DNA from: Seison nebaliae
Lineage: Eukaryota
Direction: 5' to 3'
Assembly (NCBI GenBank): GCA_023231475.1
Contig: JALJEE010002622.1
Coordinates: 1-64,000 of the forward strand
DNA length: 64,000 nt
Both the position numbers and the translations under genes were made by a program. Below, piece by piece: positions 25,755-39,300 of this stretch; the stretch's first letter is position 1; each line of letters starts with the position of its first letter. The notes below the pieces were generated by a model. It worked only from the letters and a program-made list of their open reading frames with translations, ran no database searches and was not told the DNA's origin.

Positions 25755-26197
25755 CTATGCACCACCTTGGGCAATCATCTCCAGAACGGCGTCCCTCAAC
25801 TCTATTAATTCCTCCAGTGCTGAACCATCGGCAATGGCAGCTCCGGTTTCGAACAAGTCGGCTAATACGGCTAATAAATTGCTCAAGACATCCTCGCCAA
25901 ACACCTTCAAATAGCTCAATTGACAGAATGGTTTCAACACTGTAAATTGTGTAGCCAAATCACAAATGAGACTGTTGATGAATTTCGCTTCGAACACTCG
26001 AATATAACTGTCCATTGGACATTCTATTTCCTGGTCGCTTGTCACTCGTCGATTATACGGTCCACCTAAAAATATCCCAACGAATTTGTCGAAACGGAAA
26101 AATAACTTAACGAGATTTCTTCATTAGGATCGAAATTGCCAATTACTTTTCCCATAATAGCGGTAGCGCAGAACGTTAATAAAATCAGTTTTATCAT
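25755..26197 (-). CDS. Small secreted helical protein (~133 aa), unknown function
   Basis: Exon 26197-26107 encodes signal-peptide-like MIKLILLTFCATAIMGKVIG; a 41-nt intron 26106-26066 (GTTATT...TAG) joins it in frame to ORF 25755-26045. Confidence 0.65.
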
Positions 26198-26541
26198 TTT
26201 CAACAAACGAATAATAATAATAATTTAGAATTGGAAAGTTGAAGAGAATATCGAAGACTATAAATAGTGACACGTTTCTCTTGAGTGAATGAGGGATCTG
26301 TGAAGAAAGTTGATGGGGAATGTGGAAAGTATTCTTTCGCATCTTCTTCTCCTGCCTCAATTTCACATTCTCTCGTTTTATTCCGTTTTTCACAGAACTT
26401 CTTTATTTTTTCCACATTTGAAAATAATCGAAAAATTTATCATTGGCGTCATTGAAATTGCTGAAATAAAAAGATAATTAAATATGAAGAAAGAAAGAAA
26501 TGTTCAATGGAAATGATCGGCGAATGCAATTTTAGGCTTTT

Positions 26542-27988
26542 ATGTTTCACGTGAAAAAAAAAATGAAAAATAGAAAACGTCGATCGACCGGTCGTTCGAC
26601 TTTGTCGGAGAAGTTGTACAAAGACGAGGAAATCCAATCGTCATCGGATGAAGAAGAATTGAAGAAAATAGTGAATCGAGTAGTGGATGGAAATGAAGGA
26701 GAGACGGAGAAAGATGAAATGTTGGGAAAGATGTCGGAATATATCGGAGAATTATCAGAAAAGAATTTAAAAGATGATTTGGTGAATCCATTCGATTTAT
26801 GTTCAGAAATTAATTGTGAAAGTTGAATTTAATTTAAAATTAACTCCCAATAAAATAATAGACATTATCATCTCTAGGAAGACGTTGGGACGGTCGATAC
26901 CTATAGCGATGACATTATCGATGAAAACGGAGGAATTATATTCCATCGACAAAAAGAACGATTTGAGACGTTTCCACATCACTCACACGATCCAAGATAA
27001 TTGTAATCGAATTAATTTAAAAAAATATTTCGTTAATCATAAACGACAATTTACCGCTCCCACCACCATCGACGTTAACGGAAATAATGAGTTTGGTGCG
27101 GTGGGCGATGTTGACGGATGTCTCACCATCTGGAAGAACGTGGAGGATGATATGAAGATTTTGGAGCGATTGAACGCACATCGTCAATCGGTGACGACGG
27201 TAAAATTCCGTCGTCATTCGAAAATGAATGATGATTTTCAAATTAATAATATGAATCGATCCAGTTACAATTTATTGAACGAATTGTTTAGTGGGGGCAA
27301 AGACGGTGTAATTCGCACTTGGAATTGTGCAACTTTGTTGCCCATTCGCACATTTGTCGGTCATCATTCCGTCGTTTCTTCCATCGATATCTTCTCCAAT
27401 GATCGATTCATTTCAGCCGGTTCCACCGACAATTCCATTCGGTGTTGGAAAGTGGAGGAAGAGTCCCAACTCATTTTCAACACCTCCAAATATTGTGTGG
27501 ATGTTTTGGCTTATTTGAATAATAATTTATTTGTTGGAGGAACGAGAGAAAAGTTTATTATTTAATTTTTATTATTTAATTTCTATTTATATAGTTCAAT
27601 TCTCTTATTTCATGTGAATAAGAAGAATGCCATTTTCACGAAATCGAATGCTCACACCATCAACCGACCGACAATTGATGAACATAAATCATCAGAATTA
27701 CCATACGATTCGTGGATTACGGCGATGAGTACGATACCATCATCTAATTTATTCGTATCGGGAAATGTTTATGGGGAGATCAATATGTGGAAGTTGAAGA
27801 ATGATATGAGATCGTTCACTCTCCTTCGAACCATCGATCAATTCTATGGCGTCGTTAATTCTTTATGTTTAACCAGGAATTATCTGGTGGTCGTTCTGGC
27901 GAAAGAGAACGGTGTAGGACGTTGGATATGTTATCGCGATAAGAAAATAGAGAATGCTGTAAATATTTTTAAAATTTCAAATAAATAA
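26542..27988 (+). CDS. RRP9: U3 snoRNP WD40 protein RRP9 (U3-55K)
   Basis: Basic/acidic N-terminus (EEIQSSSDEE); WD40s AHRQSVTTVKFR, RTFVGHHSVVSSID, SIRCWKVEEESQLIFN (hallmark), SWITAM, AKENGVGRW. Introns ending at ~26862 (donor 26801 or 26822) and 27553-27594. Confidence 0.9.
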
Positions 27989-28058
27989 AAATTTAAATGT
28001 TAAGCTTTTGTATCGGCTGCGTTTGGGAAATGCAAATTTTTCTCATCTGTATTCTCGA

Positions 28059-29486
28059 ATGACATCCACCATCGTCACCACTCCTACATTTAAAAACAAG
28101 AATGAAATTGATTCTGTCATATTTGGAATTGAGAATTATGTTTTTCTTCAATTTCTAAATTTATTATTATAAAAACATTTTTTATACTTTTTCTCTTCAT
28201 TTCTCGTCTTTAGGGACGATGTATCACACCGACATTCTATCAGTTCAACGAGTCATGGTTCATGACGGGCACTCAGGTCAATTTAGATCGGAGTATTTTT
28301 CATTTGTTATCCATTGACGGCGATCGAATGGAGAATGGAATTGTGGATAAATATTCTTTCGATTTCAGTCACGGCGACATCTGGTCAATTCGAAATTGTA
28401 CAGAATTTCCTTCATTGACCGCCATCAAATACAATCGTGTATCGTCGAATCAATACGATTTTGGAATATGGAAAATTGAAGAGGAATTAATAGAGAAAAA
28501 AGATATGGAATCGATATCGTTAGATGAAGCGATATATTTCGGAGAGGAACGAATTAATTCGTTCGAATGGAAACCGTTGTTCTCCCAACAATTCGTTCAA
28601 TCCATCGATAATGAAGCGAAAATTTTCGATTTTGACAATAACAACATTCGACCCATCGTCAATTGGAAGATTGGGAGTGGTAACATCAATTCGATTGAAT
28701 GGTCACCACATTTCCAATCGTCGTTGATCGGTCTCCTTTCCACCAATTCCTTCATCTACTTCTACGATATCAGACAGAAATTGTTCGTATTTGATATATG
28801 CTTATTATGAGTTCTGATGAATATAATCGATTTTAGAAATACACATCAACTCTCCACACCGAATTATGAGCGTATACAAACATTCGATTTCAATCGGAAA
28901 TCTTGCAACTTTTTCGCTTCAGGTGGAAGTGATGGTTCGGTGAAGGTGTGGGACATGAGGAAATTAGACAGAGAAATTAAAAAGTTTTCCGACGAATGGA
29001 CTCATTGGTTGGTCGTTTTATTTCTTAATAATAATTATTTTTTTTTTCAGGATTTCTTCCGTTTCTTATAATCCGTTGAACGATAATTTCCTTCTCGCTT
29101 CCAGTTATGATGGACAAGTTCTCCTTTATAACATTATTAATTTGGAGGAAGAAGATGATGGAAAAAATGGGAGAAATAGAGAATTGTTCGACGTACATGA
29201 AATTTATGGAAATGAAGATGATGATAAACATAAAGATAAGGATAAAATGAAATGTGATGAAATTGATGAAATTGAGATTCCCGAACATATTCATAAAGAA
29301 TTGTTAACAGATCGAATCATCTCCTCTTATCGGGATCATGAGGAGAGTGTTTATGGTTGTTGTTGGTCTAATCAAGACGCTTGGCTTCATGCGTCAATAT
29401 CGTTTGATGGTCGAATAGTTTTTCGTACCGTTCCAAAACACGAGAAATATAATTGGCAGGCTTATAAATCATTCCTTAGTATTTAA
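28059..29486 (+). CDS. EIPR1: EARP/GARP-interacting WD40 protein EIPR1 (TSSC1)
   Basis: N-terminus SVIFGIENY|GRCITP...FMTGTQ; C-terminus DHEESVYGCCWSNQDAWLHASISFDGRIVFRTVPKHEKY. Introns 28140-28213, 28783-28836, 29008-29050. Confidence 0.92.
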
Positions 29487-29508
29487 ATTTAAATTAATTT
29501 ATTTTCCT

Positions 29509-30645
29509 TTATTTTTTACATGATATCGACATTAATGAATTAGTTTGATGTATGTTGAAATTGTCACATCGAATTCGTCGTAATAAATCTGATTGTTTTG
29601 TCTCTAACAATTCCATCGTATGATTATCGTCCTTCGTCAATTGTTCGACGAATCGAGCTGTTCGTGTTCGATTGGAAACGAACTCTTTCGCTCCTCTCTG
29701 CTTCAATAATTGATATGTATGTTTCGCTTCGAATATTCTAGCCCACGTCAATGGAGTGCAACCACATTGATCCTCTGCGTTTATCGGACAAGAACGATTT
29801 AATAACATTTTACATAAAGTCACCTAGTCAAATTGAAAAAATTTAAATTATTAATTAAATTAAATTTGAAGATTAACATCATTATGAGCTGCCGCTATAT
29901 GTAAAGGTGACCAACCCCAAGAATCTCGTATATTCACAACGGCATTATATTGGAGTAGAATGTTCACCATATTCACATTTCCGTTATCGACGGCGACAGA
30001 TAAATTGGAAATTCCGTCCGTCGTTCGTCGATTAACTATCGCGTCATTCTCCAACAATAATTCCGTTATACCTCCAAATTTACTTTATTGAAATCCTTCC
30101 AAATTTATTCAAATTTCTAACGAGTGTTATTGTTGGAGACGGAAATCCTCAACGGAGTTCGATTTTGACAATCAAATTGATTGATCAAAATTTTCAATTG
30201 ATCTTCTCCTTTTCGTTCGCGAATTTCCTCTATGACAAATCGTACCAATCTCTCATTGTCGTAGAGTGAAGAATAATGGAGGACGTTTTGTTCAAATGTA
30301 TCCCTCACACTGATATCGGAAGCGTTATCTAACAGAAATTTGAGTGATTCGATATCATCTATAAATAAAGGAAAATTTTAAAATTTATTAAATTTAATTT
30401 AATTAATTAATTAACATTAATATAATTAATCGAATGATAAAAGAGAAGTGGAACTAACTCAATTTTAGTGCCAGGAAAATTGGCTGAGGTGGAATGGCAA
30501 CGTCACCATCACAATGGTTCAATGAACGTTCGATTAATTTAGATTGATTCAATTTGAATAAATTGCGAAGTTCATTCAAATTATTTCCATAAATAGAGGC
30601 ATAAATTTCATGTCGAAGTTGAGGTGCGGATTGTGTTTGTCCCAT
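29509..30645 (-). CDS. Ankyrin-repeat protein with N-myristoylation-type start
   Basis: Exons 30645-30459, 30358-30122, 30071-29878, 29823-29509; ankyrin motifs NVLHYSS, RTPLRIS, WSPLHIAAAHND|VTLCKMLL, CTPLTWA; starts MGQTQS. Confidence 0.85.
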
Positions 30646-30898
30646 ATGATATTGTTGATGATGATAATGATTATGATGATGATGATGGGGAGTGAGTTAC
30701 CTTCGAAATAGATAACTTCATTAAAATATTGAGTACGATTACGTCGTCCAATTATTCACTGACGTATCTTTGACACATAAAAATAAATGTTTGGTTGCAA
30801 CGAAATTTCTGTTGGGGATGAGATTGATAGAAATCAAATATTAAATTCTTTCAACTTTCATCTTTTCCTCATGAACACGATTATGTAATATACTGAGG

Positions 30899-30900
<2 letters not shown>

Positions 30901-30932
<32 letters not shown>

Positions 30933-30945
30933 GTAGTAGTAGTAG
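30901..30945. repeat. (TAT)n(TAG)n microsatellite between the divergent ankyrin genes
   Basis: About ten TAT units followed by about five TAG units. Confidence 0.9.
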
Positions 30946-31183
30946 TGCAGAATGAATGAATGAGATTATTCTTTTAACGAATTAGCAAATAAAATTTAGT
31001 TGAATCAATACCATGAGATGGTGGAGAGATGTTAATTTGAGGAATTTGAATAAAATTGAATTTTCGTCGTAGGAGACGAGATGGATGAATGGATGGATAA
31101 ATAGAAGAGTAGTTTTTCGATAACCTTGTAAGGATGATGCGTCATTTCTCTTTATCTAAAACAAAAATTATCAAGTCTAATAA

Positions 31184-32967
31184 ATGGCAAATATGTTTTC
31201 TAAGAAAGTTTATTAATTGACAATCACTTCTTTCCTGCTCTATTATCGTCTCCATCCTCATTCCACACGAAATTATAAGATTTTCATTATTTTAAATTAT
31301 TATAAATTATTATGACAGAAATTTAGAATGACTTTTATTCTAAAGAAATCGAATGTTGGGGAATTGTATGAAAAATTACAACAATATTTCCATGATCGGA
31401 AAGTTGAACAATTACGTCAATTCCTCTCCAGTCTCAGTAAGAAGAATTGTCGAACGTTGATGAATTATGTAGTTGATGAGAATGAGGGTTATCGACCACT
31501 CCATTTGGCGCTGAAAACGAAAGCGAATAAAGTCGCCGAGTTGTTGATTGAGTTTGGTGCCGACATTAACCAGAAGGACTATATGAACCGAAATTGTCTT
31601 TATTACGCCACCGTTGGTAATAACATCGACGGTGCGGCTTTAGTCTTCAGAGAGAATCCAAAATTCGATATTGACGAATTAGATTATACAGATCGACCAG
31701 TTTTCTATTACGCCATCTCTAATAATTATGGTTAGATTGAATTACTAATAATAATAATTAATAATTATAATTAATAATAATAATTATTATTAAAAAAAAT
31801 TTAAAGAGGAAATGGCAAAGTATTTGATAGGAAAGAATGCTTTGAAAAATCATTTGTATAATAATTGGAGGATACCTCCATTGAATTATGCGTGTGATGT
31901 GAAAAATATCGAATTGGTAAATTTATTGTTAAAAAATGGATGTGATGTGAATTGTTCGGATAACGAAGGATTGACACCGTTACATGTAGCGGCGGCACAC
32001 GACCAAGTTCCTTCTTGTCTTCAGAATATATTAATATTATAGCAGTAGAATAATTTGACAGTTGGAGATATGTAAACTCCTTTTGGATTATCATGCTTTC
32101 ATGGAGAAGACGGATCGAAACAATCGAGTTCCATTAGAAGTGGCGAGTGAATATAAATCGGCCAACGTCCATGTTTGGCTTACAAAGAAGATGAAGGAGC
32201 AGAATCCAAATTTCCACGATGGAACTGACGATGAAAGTGAGTCGATCGATGGGAAGATGGTAATGAACACATTCGTTGACGATGACGAATATGACGATGA
32301 ATATGATGACGAAAAAGAAAACGACGAAATTCATGAGCAAAATGATCAAATGAAATCTAATGAGAGTGACGATATCGACGACGACGACGACGAAGAAAAT
32401 GAGAGAAGTGAAACATCTTTCGAAAAGAGTCGACGTCCTACCAATACCACCATCACCACCACCACCACTACCACCACTCCGATTACGAAAAAAAAACATC
32501 GGAAACATCATCATCATCATCATCATGATGATGATGATGACGACGAGAAAGTGAATGAAGATGAATTGGAAGAAATACCAGAAAAGCTCAAGAAGAAATC
32601 GACGACGAAAAATAAAAATGACGTGTCCAATAGTAAAAGTGAAATTAGAAATTTGAAAAATTTCCGAAGAAAACATTCTTCATTCTCCAACAATTCCACA
32701 GTGCACAAACCATCGAATAATGGAAGACAAATTTCTGATAGATCGACTGACGACAATTATGAGGATGGAATCGATTGTCGATCATTGTCCACTGATCATA
32801 ATCATCTCAAAGTGTCCGATGTTCGATTACGACATCCGAAATCATCGACACCTCCCAATCTCCATCCAGAAGTGAAGAATGGACATTTTAAGAAAATTAA
32901 AAATCGCATCTCTCTCATTCAACCGATTCAGAGATTGAAAATGATTAAACGCAAATTCAAATCATGA
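31184..32967 (+). CDS. Ankyrin-repeat protein with acidic/His/Thr low-complexity tail
   Basis: Exons 31184-31207 (tentative), 31319-31730, 31807-32006, 32062-32967; motifs GYRPLHLA, IPPLNYAC, GLTPLHVAAAHDQ|LEICKLLL, RVPLEVA. Confidence 0.85.
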
Positions 32968-33302
32968 GAGACCGTTTTTTTTTCATGGTTGACTGGGAAA
33001 GAACAAACATTTTTTTCTTTTGTTTCATCAATTTTTTTATTTATTATATTATTTATAATTTTTCTCCTCCTCCATTATTATAAACAGATGATAAAATCTG
33101 ATTTATAAAAAAAAAAAGAATTTGAAATTTGAACTCTTTCTCTCTGTCTCTGTCTGATTGAAGTTCATTGGAATTATAGAATTATTCGTCGTATTTTTCC
33201 CAGAAAAAATAGGAGGAATTTTTTAGGAAATAAGAAAAGTTTTTTTTTCATTAAAAAAAAAGAATTATCTTCATTCAAGAGGAAAATTAGGAGATGAAAT
33301 TA

Positions 33303-36300
33303 TTATTTTTCTTTTCTCAACAGAAAATTGGATAAGTCCTTCACTTTCGATGCTGTATTCGTGTTCGTGCTCGTGCTCGTTGTCGTCGTATTAGTGGTGT
33401 TGGTGAGGAAGGAAGATGACGGTTGAATTAGTCCCTCCATCTCTGTAAATCGTTTCGGAATTTCATTCTCGGGAAGAAATGGTGTGGCTATTGAACTGCC
33501 GAATCTCAATTGATTCGTACTCAAATCGATACAACACTGAAAGAAAAAATTGAAATAAATTGAAATAAATTGAAATAACTAAATGTCTCTTCAACATGTC
33601 CAATCCGAGTAACATGTCAATGGATTGATCTTTCATGATTGATAAGGATACTTGAAGGAGATTCTCGTCAATGTTCAATGGTGCTAATAAAAAATATTTT
33701 GATAATGATGATGGTAATGGAAGAAAACCTAAGTGTACTCGTCCCACAATTTCTTGGGTGCCGACACCTTTGGCCATTCCACGAAATCGTTCATCGATCA
33801 AATGAGCGAGATTACATCGTTTAGCACACTCCTCACTCATTATTGTCATTTGGGCGCCTGAAAATACATTTTATTAGAATAAATATTTTTTTGAATAATA
33901 TTAAGATAATAACCAGAATCGACGAAAGCCTTCAACGACACATTGTTCACTTTACAATTGATGTAGAGCATGGAAACGGTGGCGAATGATTCGGGGAAAT
34001 GTTCGATCGCTTTGAGCATATTCTCCTCCACATTCTGTTGACTGGAACCAAATTCAAATTATTATTCCTCTCACATAAGCTTAATAGTACGAACCGTATC
34101 TGTTTGTATCGCGTCTCTTCATTGGCGATGTTGAAGAAATCGATGGGATCGTTAGCTAAAATAGAGAAATTGTTGGAAATATTTAATTCTACTCACAATT
34201 TGGAAGAAGGATGATGAAATGGTGAGAGAGATGGTTTTTCTTCCGGCAGCTAATCCAAAAATGGAAATAGAGAAGATATTCTAATATCACATCAGATTAT
34301 ATAGACATTAGTAGATATTCGTAATTTTTTTTTTTTCGAAAATCTAACGAGAACAATGAGATGATGATCGAATGAGAATTTGGAATGGAGTCTCTGTGAA
34401 GGAAGGAAGGAGGAATTGAAAGGAAGAATAAACTCATATAAGTGGAAGACATACGAATATCTGATTTGAGAAGGGATTAGCATTTCTCCATCGATTGACC
34501 ATGTTGAGAGAAGAAGGAAGAGAAATCATCAAAAATATCATCATCTCTTAATCATCACTCGTTCACCATTTCCATATTAGTTAATGTAGGTGAAAGAAGT
34601 ATTTATTCAGATCAGAAGTTTGTGATATTCACTCAAAAAACGAAAAAGAAAACATTCATTTATCTATCTAAACACAATGAGTTTCACTCGATAAATTTCC
34701 ATCATTTTCAAATTTCGTATCAGATACGTGTTTTCTCGTACACCTACAATCGTAATGGTAATGGAAGAGGAGAGATATGGAGGGGAAAGAATGGAAGAAT
34801 TGAAATAACATCTCTAATTAATAATCTTTTTCATTCAACACATAAATTTGGGATATGTTCGCGTACAAACCAAACGGATAAGTAGTTGAAAGAGACAAGA
34901 AATGGAATGGAATGGAAGTTATTGAAATTCATTCATTCCATTTCTTCTCCTTAAGAATATTATTAATTTTTACGATCCTTTCCATACTTCTCCCTCCTCT
35001 CTCTCTCTCTCTCTCTATCAAAACGAGAAATATGTAACGAAATGATCTTTTGGTGTAATCTTTTGAAAAGGACAGAATGTCGTCGATGAGAAGAAGAAAA
35101 AATAATAATTTGAAGAGTAGATTAATGAATAATATTGACAATGACGTTCTTAATGCTAATCATCATCATCATGTTCGCTCATTTCTCTGTAATGATTCCA
35201 CTCTCTGTCGTCGTCGTTTTCTCTTCGACGAATTGACATGGCCAGATGGAGGAAGAAGCACAATATTTATTTTCATAATTAACTTATTTATTTTTTTTAT
35301 TTTAGGTACTCGGGATGATGTCGCATCATTAATCCGATCAGATATTACACAGCTATTTGTCTCATCGATGCACGAATCGATGAGAGGTCGATGTGTCGTC
35401 ATACGTAAAAACACATCGACTCATGGGAAGGCATGTCTATATAATTTGGATGAGATGGAAATTTCCATCAAATAATTCTATTTCCATTTAGACTTGTTTC
35501 GCCTGAACATTTTTTCTTTTTGAATTTCACTCAAATTTCCCTCATTTTCATCATTATATAGATTGGATGATTTTCCTTTAATTTTTTTCTCGTCAACCAA
35601 ATTAATTTTGAAAAAAAAAATCGAACGAGATTTGGAAGTTAATTCGAGGGAATGTCTAATTGGAGGGAAGAACGGACGAAGAGAAGGACGAAAAGGAGCA
35701 ACTGATAACATAGTTTTCAATGCTCTCTTATTGATAGAGGGTTATGACGGCTCGTTTCATAATCATGATAATGACGAAGATAAGCGGATGGGAAGATGAG
35801 AGGAGAACAAGAAGAAAATTGGCATCGATTCTGAGAGGGGGAGCACCATCGAATAAAGATTGATTGCTCGACTAAAAGAATTTCCTTCATAACGATCAAC
35901 GGACAATTAATCGTTGTCGCTTGACTCGCTCATTCATGCCCATCTTATAAAAGCATGTTGTTGTTGTTAATATTATTGTTGATGATGATGATGATGATTG
36001 TCATCGAATAGACGTAAAAAAAAAGGAAGAAGGAGAATGAAAGAATGATTTTCTATTCTTTTAGAAATATTATGAAATAATCATCCTCTTTCCTTTCCCT
36101 CATCATCTTATCGATGCATCGAAAGTACATCGGTCAATTATCATCTTTCATCCAACATTCAGGACTATTTGATGTTGATGTTGATGAAGGAATAGAACTG
36201 AACAGAATTCATTAAAATTCAGAACACTTCATATTTCCTGCGATAAATTGTCGTTCAAAAAAAAAAAAAAAGAAACTATTTAGTCGCCTCCAATTATTTA

Positions 36301-39300
36301 TTCATTATCACAATTCATTCCGTATCATTCCCGATGAAAACATCATTAACGATTTAGAGAAAATTGATGAAAGAAAGGAAAGAATGTGATAATGAGAACA
36401 GGAGAATCTTCTCAATCATTCTTCTTTCTTTCCATCAATTTCCTCTTCTGATTTATCAACTAATGCAATTGGAATAATAATGATAATGATGATGATAATA
36501 ATGACCTAATGATGCGAATGATCAAATCCTATAAAAATTATTTAAGAATTCTCATTTCTCATTCCTTCTCAGAAAAACATATCAATTTCATCAATTTCCT
36601 TCTTTGATTGTTTGTTAGAGATAAGTTATTTCCTTCGTTAATTATTTATGCAGATTGTCAACATTCCTCCGGATCGATTTTCTCAGAATTGATAAATAAA
36701 TTCTTGTGCTAATAAGAAAAAATCAATTCGAATCGAATAGCAATGCCAATGTGTCATTGCAGTATCAAAAGTATGAACAAAAAGAAGAAATAATAATTTT
36801 TACGGAAAACAACTTTTGCGTTCCGTCAAATCTCTTTCCAATCCCCAACAACAACAACAACAACAGATTATTCTTTTCCTAATCCATTTCCTCGTCATTG
36901 TTCGTCGAGATGAAATTGAATGTACTATCAGACAAATGAATCGTTCAATTGAATGTCATTTTGAGTGATAATCTTCTCCCAACATCCTCACACATCAATA
37001 GTTCTCACAAAAGAAAAAAAAAACCGTTTTTCTTTCTCATTTAACGGAAATATTCAATCGTTATGCATTCGTCTTTATCAGCCGCATCTTATCATCCGAA
37101 GAAACATCGGAATAGTGTCGCTGCTGGTATCAATTCAAAATTATCGATTCAACCTCAACTCTATCATCGACGGAAGGAGAGTTCCATCGTTCCCGGTTCT
37201 CATGGAATTCTTTCTCATCAATCGCTCTCAACCTCCACTAAAAATGATCAACATCATCAACATCATCATCATCAACACCACAACCACCAACAACAACAAC
37301 AACAAAATCATCGATCAACTAATAATAATTATTCGATATTCCAACAACAACAACAACAACAACAACAGAGACAAGGAAAGAATTGTTCGATATTTAATTC
37401 GACGAAATTTAATAAAGAATTTTTGGATTGTCGAAGTGGTTCGAAGAGTTTCATTTCATCATCCTCCTATAACACGATAGCACACAAATTGCCCAATCCG
37501 AAGCAATTACTCACACATGAATTACATCAACACAGTTACAATAACGAACATGATAGTGGTAAATGGAAAACGGAGAATTCGCCGAATAATAGTTTGGATG
37601 AGAATCAGAATATCCTTTTCAAAACCGACGCTACTTCAAGGAGAATGTCATTATTACGTATAATGAATCATCGCAATCATTTATCTGCACAAGACAACTT
37701 GTTATATAACGACGTGACGATGGAGAAAGGTAATAAGAATCATTCCTTCCTCTCACCAGATGACAGTAACGGAATTATACGATCCTCATCTCATGGTCGT
37801 GCTTCCACTTCCTCACTCTTTCAAAACTATCAAACAATCGACATACGAATGGATGACGCACAATCAAACCGCAAATCATTAACAGCCGCCACATCGCCAC
37901 TCGGAAAGAACACACTTTGCCCACCCCAATGGAAGAACGGAAGAATTTGTAGTAATGACGATCTCCTCAATAAGAAAAAAGTGGAGAGTCGACGAGAACG
38001 TTTCATTCGACGCATCTCCCAAATCTTCAACACCTCGTCAGATGGACGTTGTGAATCGGCCGATATTTTCGACGTAGAATCCAATGAGAATCATTCGCCT
38101 CATCCACAATCGTTGAAGAAAATTGGAAAAAATTCAAAAAAAAATTCAAATCAATTCATCAATCCAAAACTCCTTCACACGTCTCTCAATCATCTTTTGC
38201 CTCATTCGTTCGACGAACAACAATCATTCGCTCAGAGAACGAAAGAACAGAAATTCCACGAGAATTCCTCTCAACGTCATTTACTTTATACGGACGATTC
38301 GTCACTCACAATCGACGTACATCAACCAATGAGGAATTCCCTTAGTAGTACGGCTGCTTCGGCAATTTCGAAAGAATTGACTGATAAGAATCTCATTCTC
38401 ATCAACAATCAAGGTTCCACAGAGTTGATTGATCAACAAAATATTAAACATCTTTCAAAACCATCATTGGTGGGCGAGATGGTGAGAAAAGAAGAGGAGA
38501 AAAGTCAATCGAAAGCACGTTCATCTTTACCGTTATCACTCTATCATAAGATTTCACCGATGATTGATAATCGAACGACAATTAATCAACGAATGCCATC
38601 GATAGTTCTCAATCAAGACTCGCAAGATATCGAGACGAAAGACACGTGCGAATTAATCGATGGACATCACACAAAGAAAGAATCAGATCAACAACATTTA
38701 AGAATAAAAAATCTTTTATATTATGATCAACGGAATAGTATGTCAGATGCTGACCGTTATCAATTATCGAACATCGATGACAATGACGATATTCCGATAG
38801 TTATCATAAATCATCGAGAAAGTAATTCAAATTTGAATAAGAAGAATGATGATGATGATGATGATAATAATGATGATAATGATGATGGTAATGAAGAAGA
38901 TAAAATTAATGAAATAATAGAGAAAAATGAAAGAATTTTAAATGAATCGATAAAAATTAATTCAAATATTTCTATTCAACAAAAAGAAGATAAATTAAAC
39001 GGTTCTTCAAAAAACATAATGGACGACAATAGAGAGAAGACGGAGAAAATGAGGAGGAATTTACATAAATTTCTCGAGACTGAACGATCGACGGGAATGG
39101 ATCGATTGACGATGATGAGTCAGACATTATTCGGACACAATTCACAATATATCCATTCCAATCATGATAAGACAACGTGTTCAACGAACGATGTGAATGA
39201 TGTGACGAATGGATGTCTCTTGATACCGATGAAGAAATTGATGAGAGATGGAACGTCGAAAGAACTTTATCGATTCTCGTTGCAAGAAGATGGTAGAATG

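Noticed and set aside
33684..34041. Retroviral/LTR-retrotransposon protease
   Set aside because: The sequence is intron-containing cellular DDI1 (PESF...MLYINCKVN...FVDSGAQ); no gag, RT, integrase or LTRs.
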